In this document: positions 28,289 through 40,108 of the stretch, in pieces
Numbering within the stretch: the stretch's first letter is position 1
Layout: each line of letters opens with the position of its first letter
NCBI RefSeq assembly: GCF_009914755.1
Contig: NC_060926.1
Length of the DNA: 64,000 nt
Strand: one strand, 5' to 3'
Source of the DNA: the human T2T-CHM13v2.0 reference genome, Homo sapiens
The notes under the pieces: model-generated
What the model was told of the DNA's origin: nothing
What the model saw: only the letters and a program-made list of their open reading frames with translations
The model's database searches: none
Made by a program: the position numbers and the translations under genes

Positions 28289-30089
28289 GGAAACTATTAT
28301 TTTTATTGAATGACTTGTCAGACTTACTTGCATCTAACGTTCATAAAAATCTTCAGGCAGATATTATTGCCATCTCTGATTTTACGAGAAACAGGTTCAA
28401 CATTGAAATGGCTTATCTCATATTACACAACTTTCTAAGGGCCCTGCTCCAAGTTCACTGGACTCCTGGAGCCATGTTCAGTGCTTCCATAACACCACCT
28501 TCCAGGCTGTGGGCTGCGTACTCTTTCTAAGTAGAAAGACGCAGTGGCAGGAAAATGAGAAAGGATATAACTCTGTAGCTACAGCCTCAAATGGAACCAG
28601 GTCATCAAGGACCATGACTGCAATCAGGTGTGGTGTCAACTCATCAGAGGTGGAAGGTGCCAGGTGCCCCAACCCCAGTCCCTTCACCTCCTTAGAAGTA
28701 ACTTCATACCCCACCAACACATGGGAAGGATGGATTTTTCACATATTACTGGTTGTAAATGAATGATGGTTAAAAAATAAGCATGAAAGAAGACACTTCT
28801 TAATTCCTAGGACTATCAAGTAGTATGCGATCCATTGAGTTTGTTTTTCATGCTTATGTTATGATGTGGAGAGGTAATGGCTGGGGCTCTATTAGCCATC
28901 TAGAGCCATGAGGACAAAGGCCACTTTCTGGGTACTAAAGGGTGACCTTTGGGATGGAGTCTGGTTCCTACAGGATTGTGGCACCTCTAGGCTCCCCTGT
29001 TAGATTGCCCAGGCTCTCCTCCCACCCACTACCCAGCCTCCAACTTGGCTCAGTACAGCTCCACCAGCACTTGCTTCTCTCAGGTCTTCCCCAGCACCTA
29101 CATTGAAATTGTTACCTGACTTGCCTGGATTTCTCACCAGGCTGTGTTCTCCAAAAAGGCTGGGACCTTCAAGGCTAGACACCTCTCATTTCTAGCAAGG
29201 TGCCTGCTGCACAATAATGTTTGTTGAATATGTGAAGGAATATGTAAATATGTTTATTGCACGAGTGAATAACTGGCTGAAATAATGAACATTTTCTTAC
29301 GAAAACATTAAAGATGCAATAGCATAGGTGGTGTTCTAGCTAATAAAATCCTGTGGGTGCAGAAAGCTGCAAAGAGCAGAGCATTTTGGGTGCTAACTAG
29401 GCCAAATTCATGCTTTTGGAGGACTGCTATGCTCAAGTCATCTTTCCTCCCCTCCAATCCCGTGAATTCACAGCAGGAATCAATAATGACACTGAATCAT
29501 TCAGGAATGTGAGTCTCAGGGGTGGCCAAGCAGGGATCTGAGGACGAAGGATTGATGAGGAAAAGACACCTGCCACACTGCTTACTCTTTCCTTGTTCTT
29601 ATGCCACTTCTGCACAGAGGCTGGCACATTCCAGCCTGTCTCCTACCCTCTCTGGCCCCGACTGATGGTCTCATAGGCACCTTCCTCCCCTCTTACCCCT
29701 GGAAGGCCTGGGTGAGAATCTGTTTGTGGCTCCCCTCCATGCTGCTGCTGTCTCAGAGGACTTAGTCAGTCTGCGTGGGTGTTGTTTATCTTTTCATCCA
29801 TTCCCCAGTCCAGGACACAGTCTGTTAAGTGAAACACGATGATGCAGAGGCTGTGGCTACAGATGGAGTGTTTTCTTTCCTTCACACCTCTCTCCCCTTA
29901 ACCTCTTGTCTCTTTGGCCTTTTTGTCCAAATTTCTTGCTGCAGACCTCTCGCCATGTGTCTCTCTTTTCCTGGCTGCTCCCTGAAAGTCCTGAGCCATG
30001 AAACGACTGTGGTGAATCTCTAGATAAATGACTGTTGCCTCCCCTCCTTTCATTGTGACAACTGAGGTGCAATACCCGTCTTTCCTCTT

Positions 30090-30270
30090 ATTAGCTATGT
30101 GACTCCAGGGACTCCTAAACATTTCTGAGCCTCAACATACTAATTTATAAAATGAGATTGCAAAGGCTGCCTTTATAGCCTGCTCATTGTGGGGAACATG
30201 AGAAAGTACATTAAAAGCTCTTAGAAACTGCATCACAAGGAGAAGGTAATTAAGGTATTATCGTTATTTA
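30090..30270 (+). mobile_element. MIR
   Basis: TAGCTATGTGAC..TTCTGAGCCTCA..TATAAAATGAGAT. Confidence 0.6.
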
Positions 30271-31806
30271 TAGGTACAGAAGAGAAGAGGCAGAGAGCTG
30301 TGAGGCATGCAGAAGACTGTTCTCTCCACTCATCGCTTTAGACACTAGTCTCTGCTCTTCTGCCTTTTCTCCCTCCATTCTTCTCTGTATTTGTCTATTC
30401 CTTTCCATTTCTAGCCTTCCTCCAGGCATTCTTTGAGGATCTACCACTGCATGCTCTGAACTGGGTACACTGTCCTCTCCTGTTCTCTTGTGTAAGCCAG
30501 GCTGGCCCGCAGTGGCCAGTGAGATCCAGAGACCTGGTGCAGCTGCTCACCCCCACTTCTCCTCCTCTTTTCCCATACACACTGCAGTTACCCTAAGGAT
30601 CAAAGTCACTCCTCCATGTATGGAAACAAACAAGAGGTGGTGGAATGAACTACTAACCTCATAACTCTTCCAGCTACAGTAATTTGATCATCCCATATTT
30701 CTTCCTAGATAGTTCTCCCATCCTTTTTTCTCCCTTTCCTTTGGTGCCTCAAAGAGGGGTCTCCTGATTTGCACTCCTTAGGGATTGAGGAAATGCCTGC
30801 ATACTCCACCCTGTGCTTCACACAGTTATGCCTCCTAGGACAGAGTGGATTTTGCAGCCTTTTCCAAATGGCAGACTCTGTGACCCCACAGGACATCAGG
30901 GGATCCTATATCATCAGATAATAGGGTAGGAAGCAGGAGGGGAACAAATCCACTGTGAACCAAGCATGAACCTCAGTCATGTGCTTTATCTTTCCCAGCC
31001 TGGATCCAGATCTCAAGAATATCCAAGTACTCCACAAAGAAACATGTTTCTCTGTTACTCAGATAGGCCACACACTTGGAAAATTCATCAACATTGCCTT
31101 TTAAGGACATTTCAAGTCAGGATGAAACTTTGTCTGCAACTTTCCTTTCCTCACTTTTCCACCAATACGAAGGTAACCTAGTGCTGGAAATACATATAAG
31201 ATATTCTGAAGCCAAGCCCCAGGGCCTCTGTTTTCTGCAGCCTCTAAGGCCCAGTCCCCTGCCATCTCAGCCTAAAATGGTGGGAGATGGGGAGAGAAGA
31301 CCTCTTTGGTTGGGAAGTTTCTGGCATATAGCCCGTAAAATTCCAGAAGTATCCTTTATGTGGGATATCTTTTTTTTTTTCTGCTTGGCATGTTTCCAAT
31401 TCCTCAAGGTATTTTGTTCAAACAATTTGTGGGAAAAAATCACTTTGCAAATTTTAACAAATACATATTGAATCCTTAGTGTGCTTAAAAGCAAGTGTTT
31501 TAAATCAACACTTTGAGTGGATAATGGTTTATAGGCTCACCTTTTCCCCACTTGTCTTTCACAAAACCATCTTCAATTTCCTATGTAAAGCTGGGAAACT
31601 AAACATCAGCATATTCATTTAATTTCTCTTTGGCTCACCAGGCCTCGTTTTGAGAAATACTTTGATTCCCTCTGACAACCCTCTATCTTTCTATTTCCCT
31701 AATCCTGACATCATTCTTGAACATTCCCTCTTAGTCTTCTCTGCTTAAATCATTACATTTCCAATTTGTCTCTACCAGTATCTTAACTCCTCTTCTAATA
31801 GCTTGT

Positions 31807-31838
<32 letters not shown>

Positions 31839-31850
31839 GGTGATGATGGT
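31807..31850. repeat. (GAT)n/(GGT)n trinucleotide tract
   Basis: Read directly. Confidence 0.9.
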
Positions 31851-31852
31851 GG

Positions 31853-31883
<31 letters not shown>

Positions 31884-32114
31884 GAAAGGAGAGGAGAAGA
31901 GAGGAGAAAAGAGAAGAGAGGAGAGGGGAGGGGAGAGGAGAGGAGAAGAGAAGAGGGAAGAGAAGAGAAGAAGAGAAGAAGAGAAGGGGAGAAGAGGAGG
32001 GGAGGGGAAGGGAAGAGGGAGAGGAGGAGAAAGGAGAGGAGGGGACATGGGGAGAGAAGGGGAGGTAAGAGGAGGGAAGGCGGGGGAAGGGAAGGGAAGG
32101 GAAGGGAAGGGAAG
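31851..32114 (+). repeat. About 260-bp polypurine tract: (GA)n, (GAGGA/GAGAA)n, (GGGAA)n
   Basis: Only four pyrimidines in the tract. Confidence 0.95.
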
Positions 32115-33641
32115 TTTCATCTTTTTAATACTCTGCCTTTAGCCCAGGAGTACATGTGGACCTGTTCATTCACTTGGCGTACTCACTCACTACTATATGA
32201 ATTTACATGACTCATAAGTAATTCTGTGAGTTGCTGTTTTTTGGACATCTGTACAAGCTCCAGATTTTTATTCAAGATCCTCTTCCTCCTCCTTCATTTA
32301 TCTTCTCAGAAAGTAGAGGTTTCTCACATTCCTGTAAAAGCAAGCCTGTCTTCTAGAAGACTGTGTCATTTCTTGGAGCCAACTCTTCTCTTAGATGGTC
32401 ATTTGTAAGTTGAGTGGCTAGACATTGTGGTCTCTGAAGTCCCTTGTATAAACCTGTGAAACATTAATTGAAAATGTACCACATTGACTGAACTAATGTG
32501 AGGGAGGACTAAGGAAAAATGAAGCTCTGACAGGCATGTTTCAGAGTTGTGGAAGGCTTGGGAAGGAGGCATCAGAGAACAGGGAAAGAGAGTTAGAATT
32601 TTGAGCAAGGCATTAAAATATTTCTCAAGATATTGCTGTCCCTCAATTTCTCAATGCCCTTGAATGTGTCATTGGAATTTATGACAAGCACAGTCTAGTT
32701 TGGTTGTGTCCTTTGTTCTTTTATATAAATTGTGCAGTGTGAGCAGCTATAGCACCACTACTGTGGATTATCGCATACACTGACAGCAGCCTTTGTTGCT
32801 GGCCATGGTGGCAATTCCACTGAACTTGGCTTCCATGGCTTTTGAGGATCTGGCCTCTCTGAGGAGGATAGATAATTATTGGTAAGTGGCAGGATACTGA
32901 TTTTGCAACGTGAGCAAGTGTCCACCTGGGTGCGAGGAAAAAATGCACTCCCCTCTGCTAATACCAACCTGCCTTCATCAAAAGAAGGTTTGGATTGCAG
33001 AACTTCAACATAAGATTCTAAATACTTACGCTGGACCTACTGTAAGCAAACAGTGACCTTTCTATACTTGGTCATTAGTTAAGGAATGGAATAAATGCCA
33101 CTGCTTGGATCATTGGGTTTATATGTACTCCAGGCATAAGCCAACACATTATCTTATAGCTTTTAGGTATCATGAAGCCATGGATTTTTTTCATCCTCTA
33201 TGAATGTGAAAACTTAAAATATTAACCACATGTAGAATATAGTAAATTTAGGACTATGCTTTAGTCATTTCTGTGCGCCCACGGCAACTGACACAGAACT
33301 TTGCAGGAAGCAGAGTCGGGAAATCATATGTTGGTTTGATCATGATGGTAATTATCATCATGATACAAATGATACAAAATAGTAAGGTGTTTTGTATCAA
33401 ATAGGTTCTATATTTAGAAAGTTATATAAAGCTAGCTATCTTGCTGCTGCATTTGAATCTCAAAACCATAGAATAATAAAACATTTCAGTGCCCGACTAT
33501 GAACCTATGGAGAGTGGAGGCTGTGTTTTATTCTTCTCTATATTCCTTGCCCTTATCACAAAACCTGGCCTGCAATATATGTTTAATGTTATTGTGCACT
33601 TTGTGCACATAAAGACCAATTAAGCATCCATTGTGAAACAG

Positions 33642-33741
33642 CAGGGCTGCCACTTATATGGCTGGAAAGACTGAGCATTGCACAATATCAGGGGTGCTAT
33701 AAACATTCAATGCAATGTGGATTGTGCCCCCAAATTGGTAC
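33642..33741. mobile_element. MER91A-like (hAT-Tip100) fragment
   Basis: CAGGGCTGCCA terminus, then GCATTGCACAA..AGGGGTGC..ATGTGGATTGTGCCCCC degenerate palindrome. Confidence 0.6.
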
Positions 33742-34389
33742 CTAACTATATTCTAGTGTCCTTTAGAGTCAAGTTTTTCCTCACTTAAGACCTGCAGTTT
33801 TGAGAAAAAAGATGAATAATAAACTCAATAACAAATCACATAGATTTAGACAGGAAAAACTTCAAAAAAGAAAATAGCATGGTGGCATCAAGAGTAATGG
33901 ACAATGAGGGAGAGGAGATTCAGCTTCTGAAGTTTGGAAAAGCCTCCCTTGATAGGGTAAACTTGGAGCTGAGACCCAAATTACCAGGCAGAGACAAGGC
34001 TAGATTAGCTTATTTCATCCTCACAATAGCCCGATTAGGTCGATATTAGCTCTATTTTATATGTGAAGAGATCAAGGCCTTAAAGTAACAGAACTAGTAA
34101 GTGACCTGAATCGGTTCAACTCTAAAATTTTGTGTGTAAACATTGTGTCACACTGATTCTTGTAGGAGAAAGTGAAGAGAAGAAGTATTTATGCATATCA
34201 TTTTTAATAAATATCTGGATGTAGGTGTACTGACCTATATACTGGGTACTTTGATACATTTTTATGAGATGTCTAGGCTGATATTCTTGACAGTACTGAT
34301 GTCTGTCACAAAATTGTCTTAAGCAATTTAGATATTCTAAGTTTTTACATTTTCAAATAAGATGATCACTAAAAGCATAAGGCATATAT

Positions 34390-34600
34390 AGATCTGATGA
34401 AGAGTCAGAAAATTCTGTTCCAGAAAATTCTGATCTGGTGCCACAGGTATCTGTGAGACCTCAGGCAAATTGCTTTCTATCTGAACTTCAGTTTCTCAAT
34501 CTGTAGATGGGTATGATAATTGTCCTTCTTATTTTAGGACAATTGTAACACTGTAATGTCATAATAAATGTAATAATGTTTAAAAATATAAATATAAGTA
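34390..34600 (+). mobile_element. MIR
   Basis: TGTGAGACCTCAGGCAAATT..TTCAGTTTCTCAATCTGTAGATGGG. Confidence 0.6.
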
Positions 34601-34633
34601 ATTTATACTGTATTAATTATTTTGATAATCATT

Positions 34634-35012
34634 AAATGTGGTACATATGTGCCATGGAATACTATGAAGCCATAAAAAGAATGAGATCGTGTCCTTTGCA
34701 GGCATGGATGGAGCTGAAAGCCATTATCCTTCACAAACTAATGCAGGAACAGAAAAACCAAACACTACATTTTCTCACTTGTAAGTGGGAGTTGAATGAT
34801 GAGAACACATGTACACATGGTGGGGTAACAACATACACTGAGGCTTTTCAGCTGGGGATGTTAGGGGAGGGAGAGCATCAGGAAGAATGGCTGATGGATG
34901 CTGGGCTTAATACCTAGGTGATGGGATGATCTGTGCAGCAAACCACCATGGCACACGTTTACCTACGTAACAAACCTGCACAGCCTGCACATGTACCCCT
35001 GACCTTAAAAAA
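34634..35012 (+). mobile_element. 5'-truncated L1PA 3' end (about L1PA10-13)
   Basis: AAATGTGGTACATAT..GGGAGAGCATCAGGAAGAA..CCTGCACATGTACCCCTGA plus short A tail. Direct repeat ACTGTATTAA at 34607-34616 and 35013-35022. Confidence 0.9.
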
Positions 35013-36978
35013 ACTGTATTAAAGGTATTCTTCCTGTGATTAAAAAAAATGCCAGACTTCACATTCCTTTTCTTACTGAGACCAAGACCTTTTTGGGGTG
35101 GAAACTAAAAAAGTCGGAATGATAACAGCATAGCTAGGTCTACCTTCCAAAATTATGCAAAGTAACTTTGTAATTAAACTATCATTCACACACAAGTAAC
35201 ACTGTTGTCTTAATTATCCAAGTAATTGATCCTGGAATAGTTATTTTGTTCATAATTGTCCCATTTATGGGCCCAGTACAGATATGTTACGGGCCTTGCC
35301 TTGGAGGTAAATATCTTATCTCCATCAAGATATTGTCGTAGAAGAGAGTTTTGTATTGGATTTATTGAGACCCTAGGGTTTGCTTTTCTCATGCTTCTCC
35401 TCCAGAACTTCCTGCTATATGAACCACTACCATTTTTCATGCTCCTTAGAAAATACTGTATTATTAATGATACAAATCATAATAATTGTATTCTTTATGT
35501 TCATAGTGATTTCTCAGTATAAGAACAGCCTCCACAAGCCATTTTCTTCATTAATCTTTATCACAAATCAATGGCATAGATTTCAATCCTTAGTTTAGAG
35601 ATTAAAAAAAGAGGCTCAGAGAGGCAAAATGAGGTAGTTCAGGTAGCATGGGTAGGATGGGTAGGGCAAAGCCTCAGACCCAAGGCTATCGTGTCCTTTG
35701 AATCCAGCACTCCTGCTGCCACACATATTAACGTTGAAAGAGTTGGATTTTAAACAAACATTATTACATTAATATCTTTAAGTATCTTAATTAGATCTTA
35801 CAGGAAGGAAAATAAATTGTTTGGTCACCAAAACAGCCTGAGTACTCCAATTTGAAAGAGTGAGTCTGTTTCAGATCATAGATAGGGTGGTGACTCTGTT
35901 TGGCCACAAAACATCAATATAGACGGTGAACCACGAGTAGCAGGGGGACGCTTGGATAAAGCCCCTGGCCTGTGAGGAAATGTGACTGTACATGGTATGT
36001 GCACCCAACACCTACGGCAAATACTCCCACGGCCACCGGTGTTGGATTCAATTAAACATTAGATTCATCATCTTTAGCAAGGAAAGCGAACAGCAAACAG
36101 TTGCTCTCTCATGGCTAAACACCCCTCGGATTTGCTGGCCTTTGATTTATTGGAAGAAACCTGCTGGGAAGAACATACTGTGTAGCTGATTAATGTCAGC
36201 TTCTGTCATCAGTTTTCACTTAGATTCTTGGCCAGCCCTGACATCTCCTCCCTAAAGGATCCAGAAGAATTTGAGGGCTGATCCAAGAGCTTTACTGGCA
36301 TGGGATTTGCAGAATGCGGTGTTTGCAAAATAAGGAAGATGAATGGAAGTGGAATCCCATGTTCTCCACTGGACTTGTTTCTTTAATTCATTTCTCCAGA
36401 GGCCCAGCTCCATGCCAGGACCACACCAGCAAGGGGACTGGGGAAAGTGTTCCCAGGCTCCAGTACAGATGTCTTGCATTTCCTGTGCTGCTTTATGTGC
36501 TGCTTCCTTAGAGCTCATCATACTGGAAAGGGGTCCAAGGAGGAATGCAGCACGCAATCACCATCAGAGCCTTCATTGGGATCCTTGCCCAAGCTTGTGG
36601 AAGAGCGGGCACCACGAGCATCAAGCTCAATCCACTGCCTGGCTGAGAACGAGAAGAGTCACTGCTCCCCAGGTTGGGCATACAAGCCTTGTGTTTCACA
36701 GGGTCACACAGCACAACTTTTTCTCCCATGCTCCACTATGACACAATGGCATTCGATTTAAAGCAAGCATAATTTTGTATATGTATTCTCCTTGTTTTTC
36801 CGGTAGAGGGAAAGTCCACTATTTGATTTCTTACAAGATAAAATGACATTTTTCCCTCCCACTAATGTACAAAGGACCTGGGAAGAGGTGGCCATTTTAA
36901 CCAGACTGAAACTTCTCCTGAATTCTCTCCTGGAGGGAGAAATAAAAGAAAGAAATATTTCAATTGAGAAATAAAAAT

Positions 36979-37390
36979 CTGTTCTGGTTATCTATTGATG
37001 TTTAACAAATCATCACAAAACCTAGTGATGTAAAATAATAGCACTCATTTTGTTATATCTCACAATTTCTGAGTCATATCTCACAGTTCTGAGGAATTTG
37101 AGAAAAGAGGGACTAGACAGTTCTGGCATAGGGTCTCTCCTGCAGTTGCGGTCAGGATCTAGAAAAGAAGGGTCTGTAGGAATGTCAGTTGAGGTTTGCT
37201 AGGCCTCTGTCCCTCTCTCTCTTCACATAGTTTCAGGGCCTTTACATATGGTCTCTCCACCAGGACTAATTTGGGCCTTCTCAGAGAATGGCGGCCTCTG
37301 GAAGGTCTAACTGCTTATATGGTGACCAAAGGTTTCAAGAGTGAGTATTCTCGCGAGTCCAATTATTGTGCTCCTTTTAATATGCTGGTA
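36979..37390 (-). mobile_element. MLT1H-like MaLR LTR fragment
   Basis: TGTTCTGGTTATCTATTG..AACAAATCATCACAAAACCTAGTG..AATTTGGGCCTTCTCAGAGAATGGCGGCC. Confidence 0.65.
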
Positions 37391-37589
37391 TTTAAAGATC
37401 CACAAAGGCCTTTAAGATTATTTTTAAAGGCTTAGGTTTATTTCCTTATTCTTTTACCAATCAATTCTAAGGATCAGATAGGAGATTGTATCATATTACT
37501 TCTAAATTCCCATTTACATCTATTTGTTTAGAATTCTACGGGGTGTTGTTGAGCGATGTCTTATCCTTAAGCACGAGACTGTAATGATA

Positions 37590-37810
37590 ACTTTATTGAC
37601 GCTCACTGAAGTTTCAGGCACTGTTCTATCTTAGGTTGAATAATTTAATTATTGCAAATATGCTAGGAGTCAGTACTATTGTCATTTCCCTTTCACAGAT
37701 GAGAAAACTGAGGCACAGTAAGGTTAACTGGCTTACTAAAAGTCATATAGTTGCAAGATTTGAACCCAGGCAGTCTAACTCAAGAGATCACTCTTTTAAG
37801 CACTGTGTTA
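37590..37810 (-). mobile_element. MIR
   Basis: TTTCACAGATGAGAAAACTGAGGCACAG..GATTTGAACCCAGGCAGTCTAACTC. Confidence 0.85.
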
Positions 37811-38479
37811 GTCTGCCTCCTCCAAAGAAGCCACAGTCTAGTGGCTTTACACTTAAGTCAAAGAGAATTTTTTGCATGCTTTTTTTCTCCAATATGAACA
37901 AGGGATAAGACCCCTTAGACAAGCATCTGGCAATCTGACTAAAGAAACAAGCAGCATATCTCTATGGGGACCACAGGCAAAGGCTATAGAAGTTCATAAG
38001 AGGAGAGAGCTGGGAGAAAGCTGGGTGTCAGGAAAGGGGGCCTGGTGGAGTGAGAAACATAACTGGGCTCTTAAGAACAGATAGGGGTTAGAGCACCAGA
38101 AAGACTGAGTTGATATTTTAGGTGATGGGAGGAGCTTACCTTACCACATGGTCAATGATATTGTCAATTCCAGCACTGAAAGAAGGGATTCCTTTTCTAG
38201 CACTAACTGTACTGGCTTTCCTTGGGTCCTGGTGATTAGATAGATTGTCACCTTGAGGAGAAGAAGAGGACAGGATGTCTCATACATTTATAAGTCTGCC
38301 ACTGATTTTCTGCCCTTATCCACACCTTCCAAAGACAGATGACCCTCTTTGCCAAACTTAGAGCCCAGCACTGGTTTGGAGATCAGAATAGGGCTAGAAA
38401 TTATGAAAATGGAGACAGGAAACAAGAAGATCCTCATTGCCCTCAGATCCACAGGAGAGTCCTGGGGCTTAATGCTGCT

Positions 38480-38600
38480 GGTGCACGGTAAGCACCAGGA
38501 GGCAGGGAGCACATCTACCTTGCTCATCAAAGTGTTCCCAAGGTGGCATGTGGCCATGTTCAGTAAGTACTTGTTAAATGAGGAAATGAATAAATGAATT
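38480..38600 (+). mobile_element. L2 3' end
   Basis: GTAAGCACCAGGAGGCAGGGA..TCAGTAAGTACTTGTTAAATGAGGAAATGAAT. Confidence 0.6.
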
Positions 38601-39941
38601 GCCAAATAACCAAACAAATGAGTTTGCATAGAGTGCACTTAAAAACTAACAACAGGTTTCTGGAGTATTTAGGGTGGAAATGGGATGCCCCCATCCTAAA
38701 AGGCAGTCTGAGGTGAGAAAGAGTCCTGTGTCCAGAGATAGGGCTTTTTCCTGGCTAGAAAACTCCATGCTTCCTTCTAGAGGAATTGAGTAAATTGTGT
38801 TGGGACATATACAAGATCAACCATTATAAAATTTACTACACTTAATTCTAAAACTTTCTTTTCCAGGCACTAGGATCTCAGGGGCAAATCTCTTTTGTGG
38901 TAAGCTGACCTCTAGAATTGTCACAATCATATAGCTACAGACACTTATATTTGAAGCATTCTTACACTTTATGAAGATCAACTAGATATAATGTCATCTT
39001 TGCCAGCAGGTGGCTACACTTGAATGACTCAATACACAAAACTTCATTACCCTTTGTAATAAATTGCTGTCTCCTCATAAAGTACTTACTGTATGGAAAG
39101 ATTTCAGAAAAAGGAAACAAGTGATCTCCTGCTAAGAAGTATTAAAGCAAACTTTAGCCCCCTGAAAATAACTATGTAAAGTGCATTTGGATCCTGGATA
39201 GGAAACTAGTTTACCCCATGTAAATACAGAAGAATAGCCGCTAGGGTGTTGATGGTGGTGCTTGCTAAAGTGATAGAATAGTAATGATTCCATTTGTTTA
39301 TTTTGACAGCTTCACTGACTGGGAAACCTGCTATTCTCCACACACCTCCATATTCCCATGATGAAGTTATGTCTCTGTCTTTTTTTTTACTGTACCTGGA
39401 ATAATGTTGCCCATGCTATTCCTCCAGGCAGACAAAACCTTCCTTGCCCTTTGTACCATCCCATCCAAGGCCCATGAAGCCTTTCTAGATGCTCCCTGTC
39501 TGGATTAATCAGCCACCTGCATTGTTCCTGTGGTTCTTTATCAAGCCACTTTCTGCCTCTATTTCACTCTCCCTAAGGTTACACTAGGTTGTTTGCAGAA
39601 CTGTGACATGGCAGAGAGCAAATGTGTTTGAATCAGGACTCCCAGATTTAAAGTCCAACCTGTACTCTCTCCTAACTGTTGAATTTTAGGGAAGTTACAG
39701 AGTCCTTATGGTCTCCATGTATTTCAGACACTTGTAATAATACCAATTCAGATGAGTTTATGGAGCTGCTGTAAGAAAATATATATGAAAAATGCTTTCA
39801 GACAGTAATGCTGACATGTGTGCATGTATGAGAGACAGTCGCTGCAAAATGTGCAACAAGAGCTGAAGTTTTATTCACACACTTATTGGATGACCTTGAA
39901 CAAGCCTTCCCCTCTCTGGGCCTTGGTTTCTGAACCTAGAC

Positions 39942-40108
39942 CAAGGGTTCCTAGCCTGGGATCCTCAGAGGGGCTTTAGGAGAGTCACGAAACCCCTGAG
40001 ATTGCATCCACCGTTGTGCCTTCTGGTGCCTTTTTCTAGGTTCAGCAGTCACCGCTTTCATCAAATTCTCAAAGAGAACTGAGACTCAAGGGACGTTAGG
40101 AAACTTGA
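39942..40108. mobile_element. Charlie4z-like hAT MITE inserted in a MIR relic
   Basis: CAAGGGTTCCTAGCCTGGG..AACCCCTGAGATTGC..GCTTTCATCAAATTCTCAAAG; flanked by MIR-like sequence and a CTAGA target. Confidence 0.65.

Noticed and set aside
31731-32210. Overlapping 111-135 aa R/E/G-rich or P/S/L-rich ORFs
   Set aside because: Artefact of the stop-free purine tract.
36252-36761. Cluster of 100-130 aa ORFs on both strands in unique DNA
   Set aside because: No recognisable domain or splice structure; consistent with locally higher GC.
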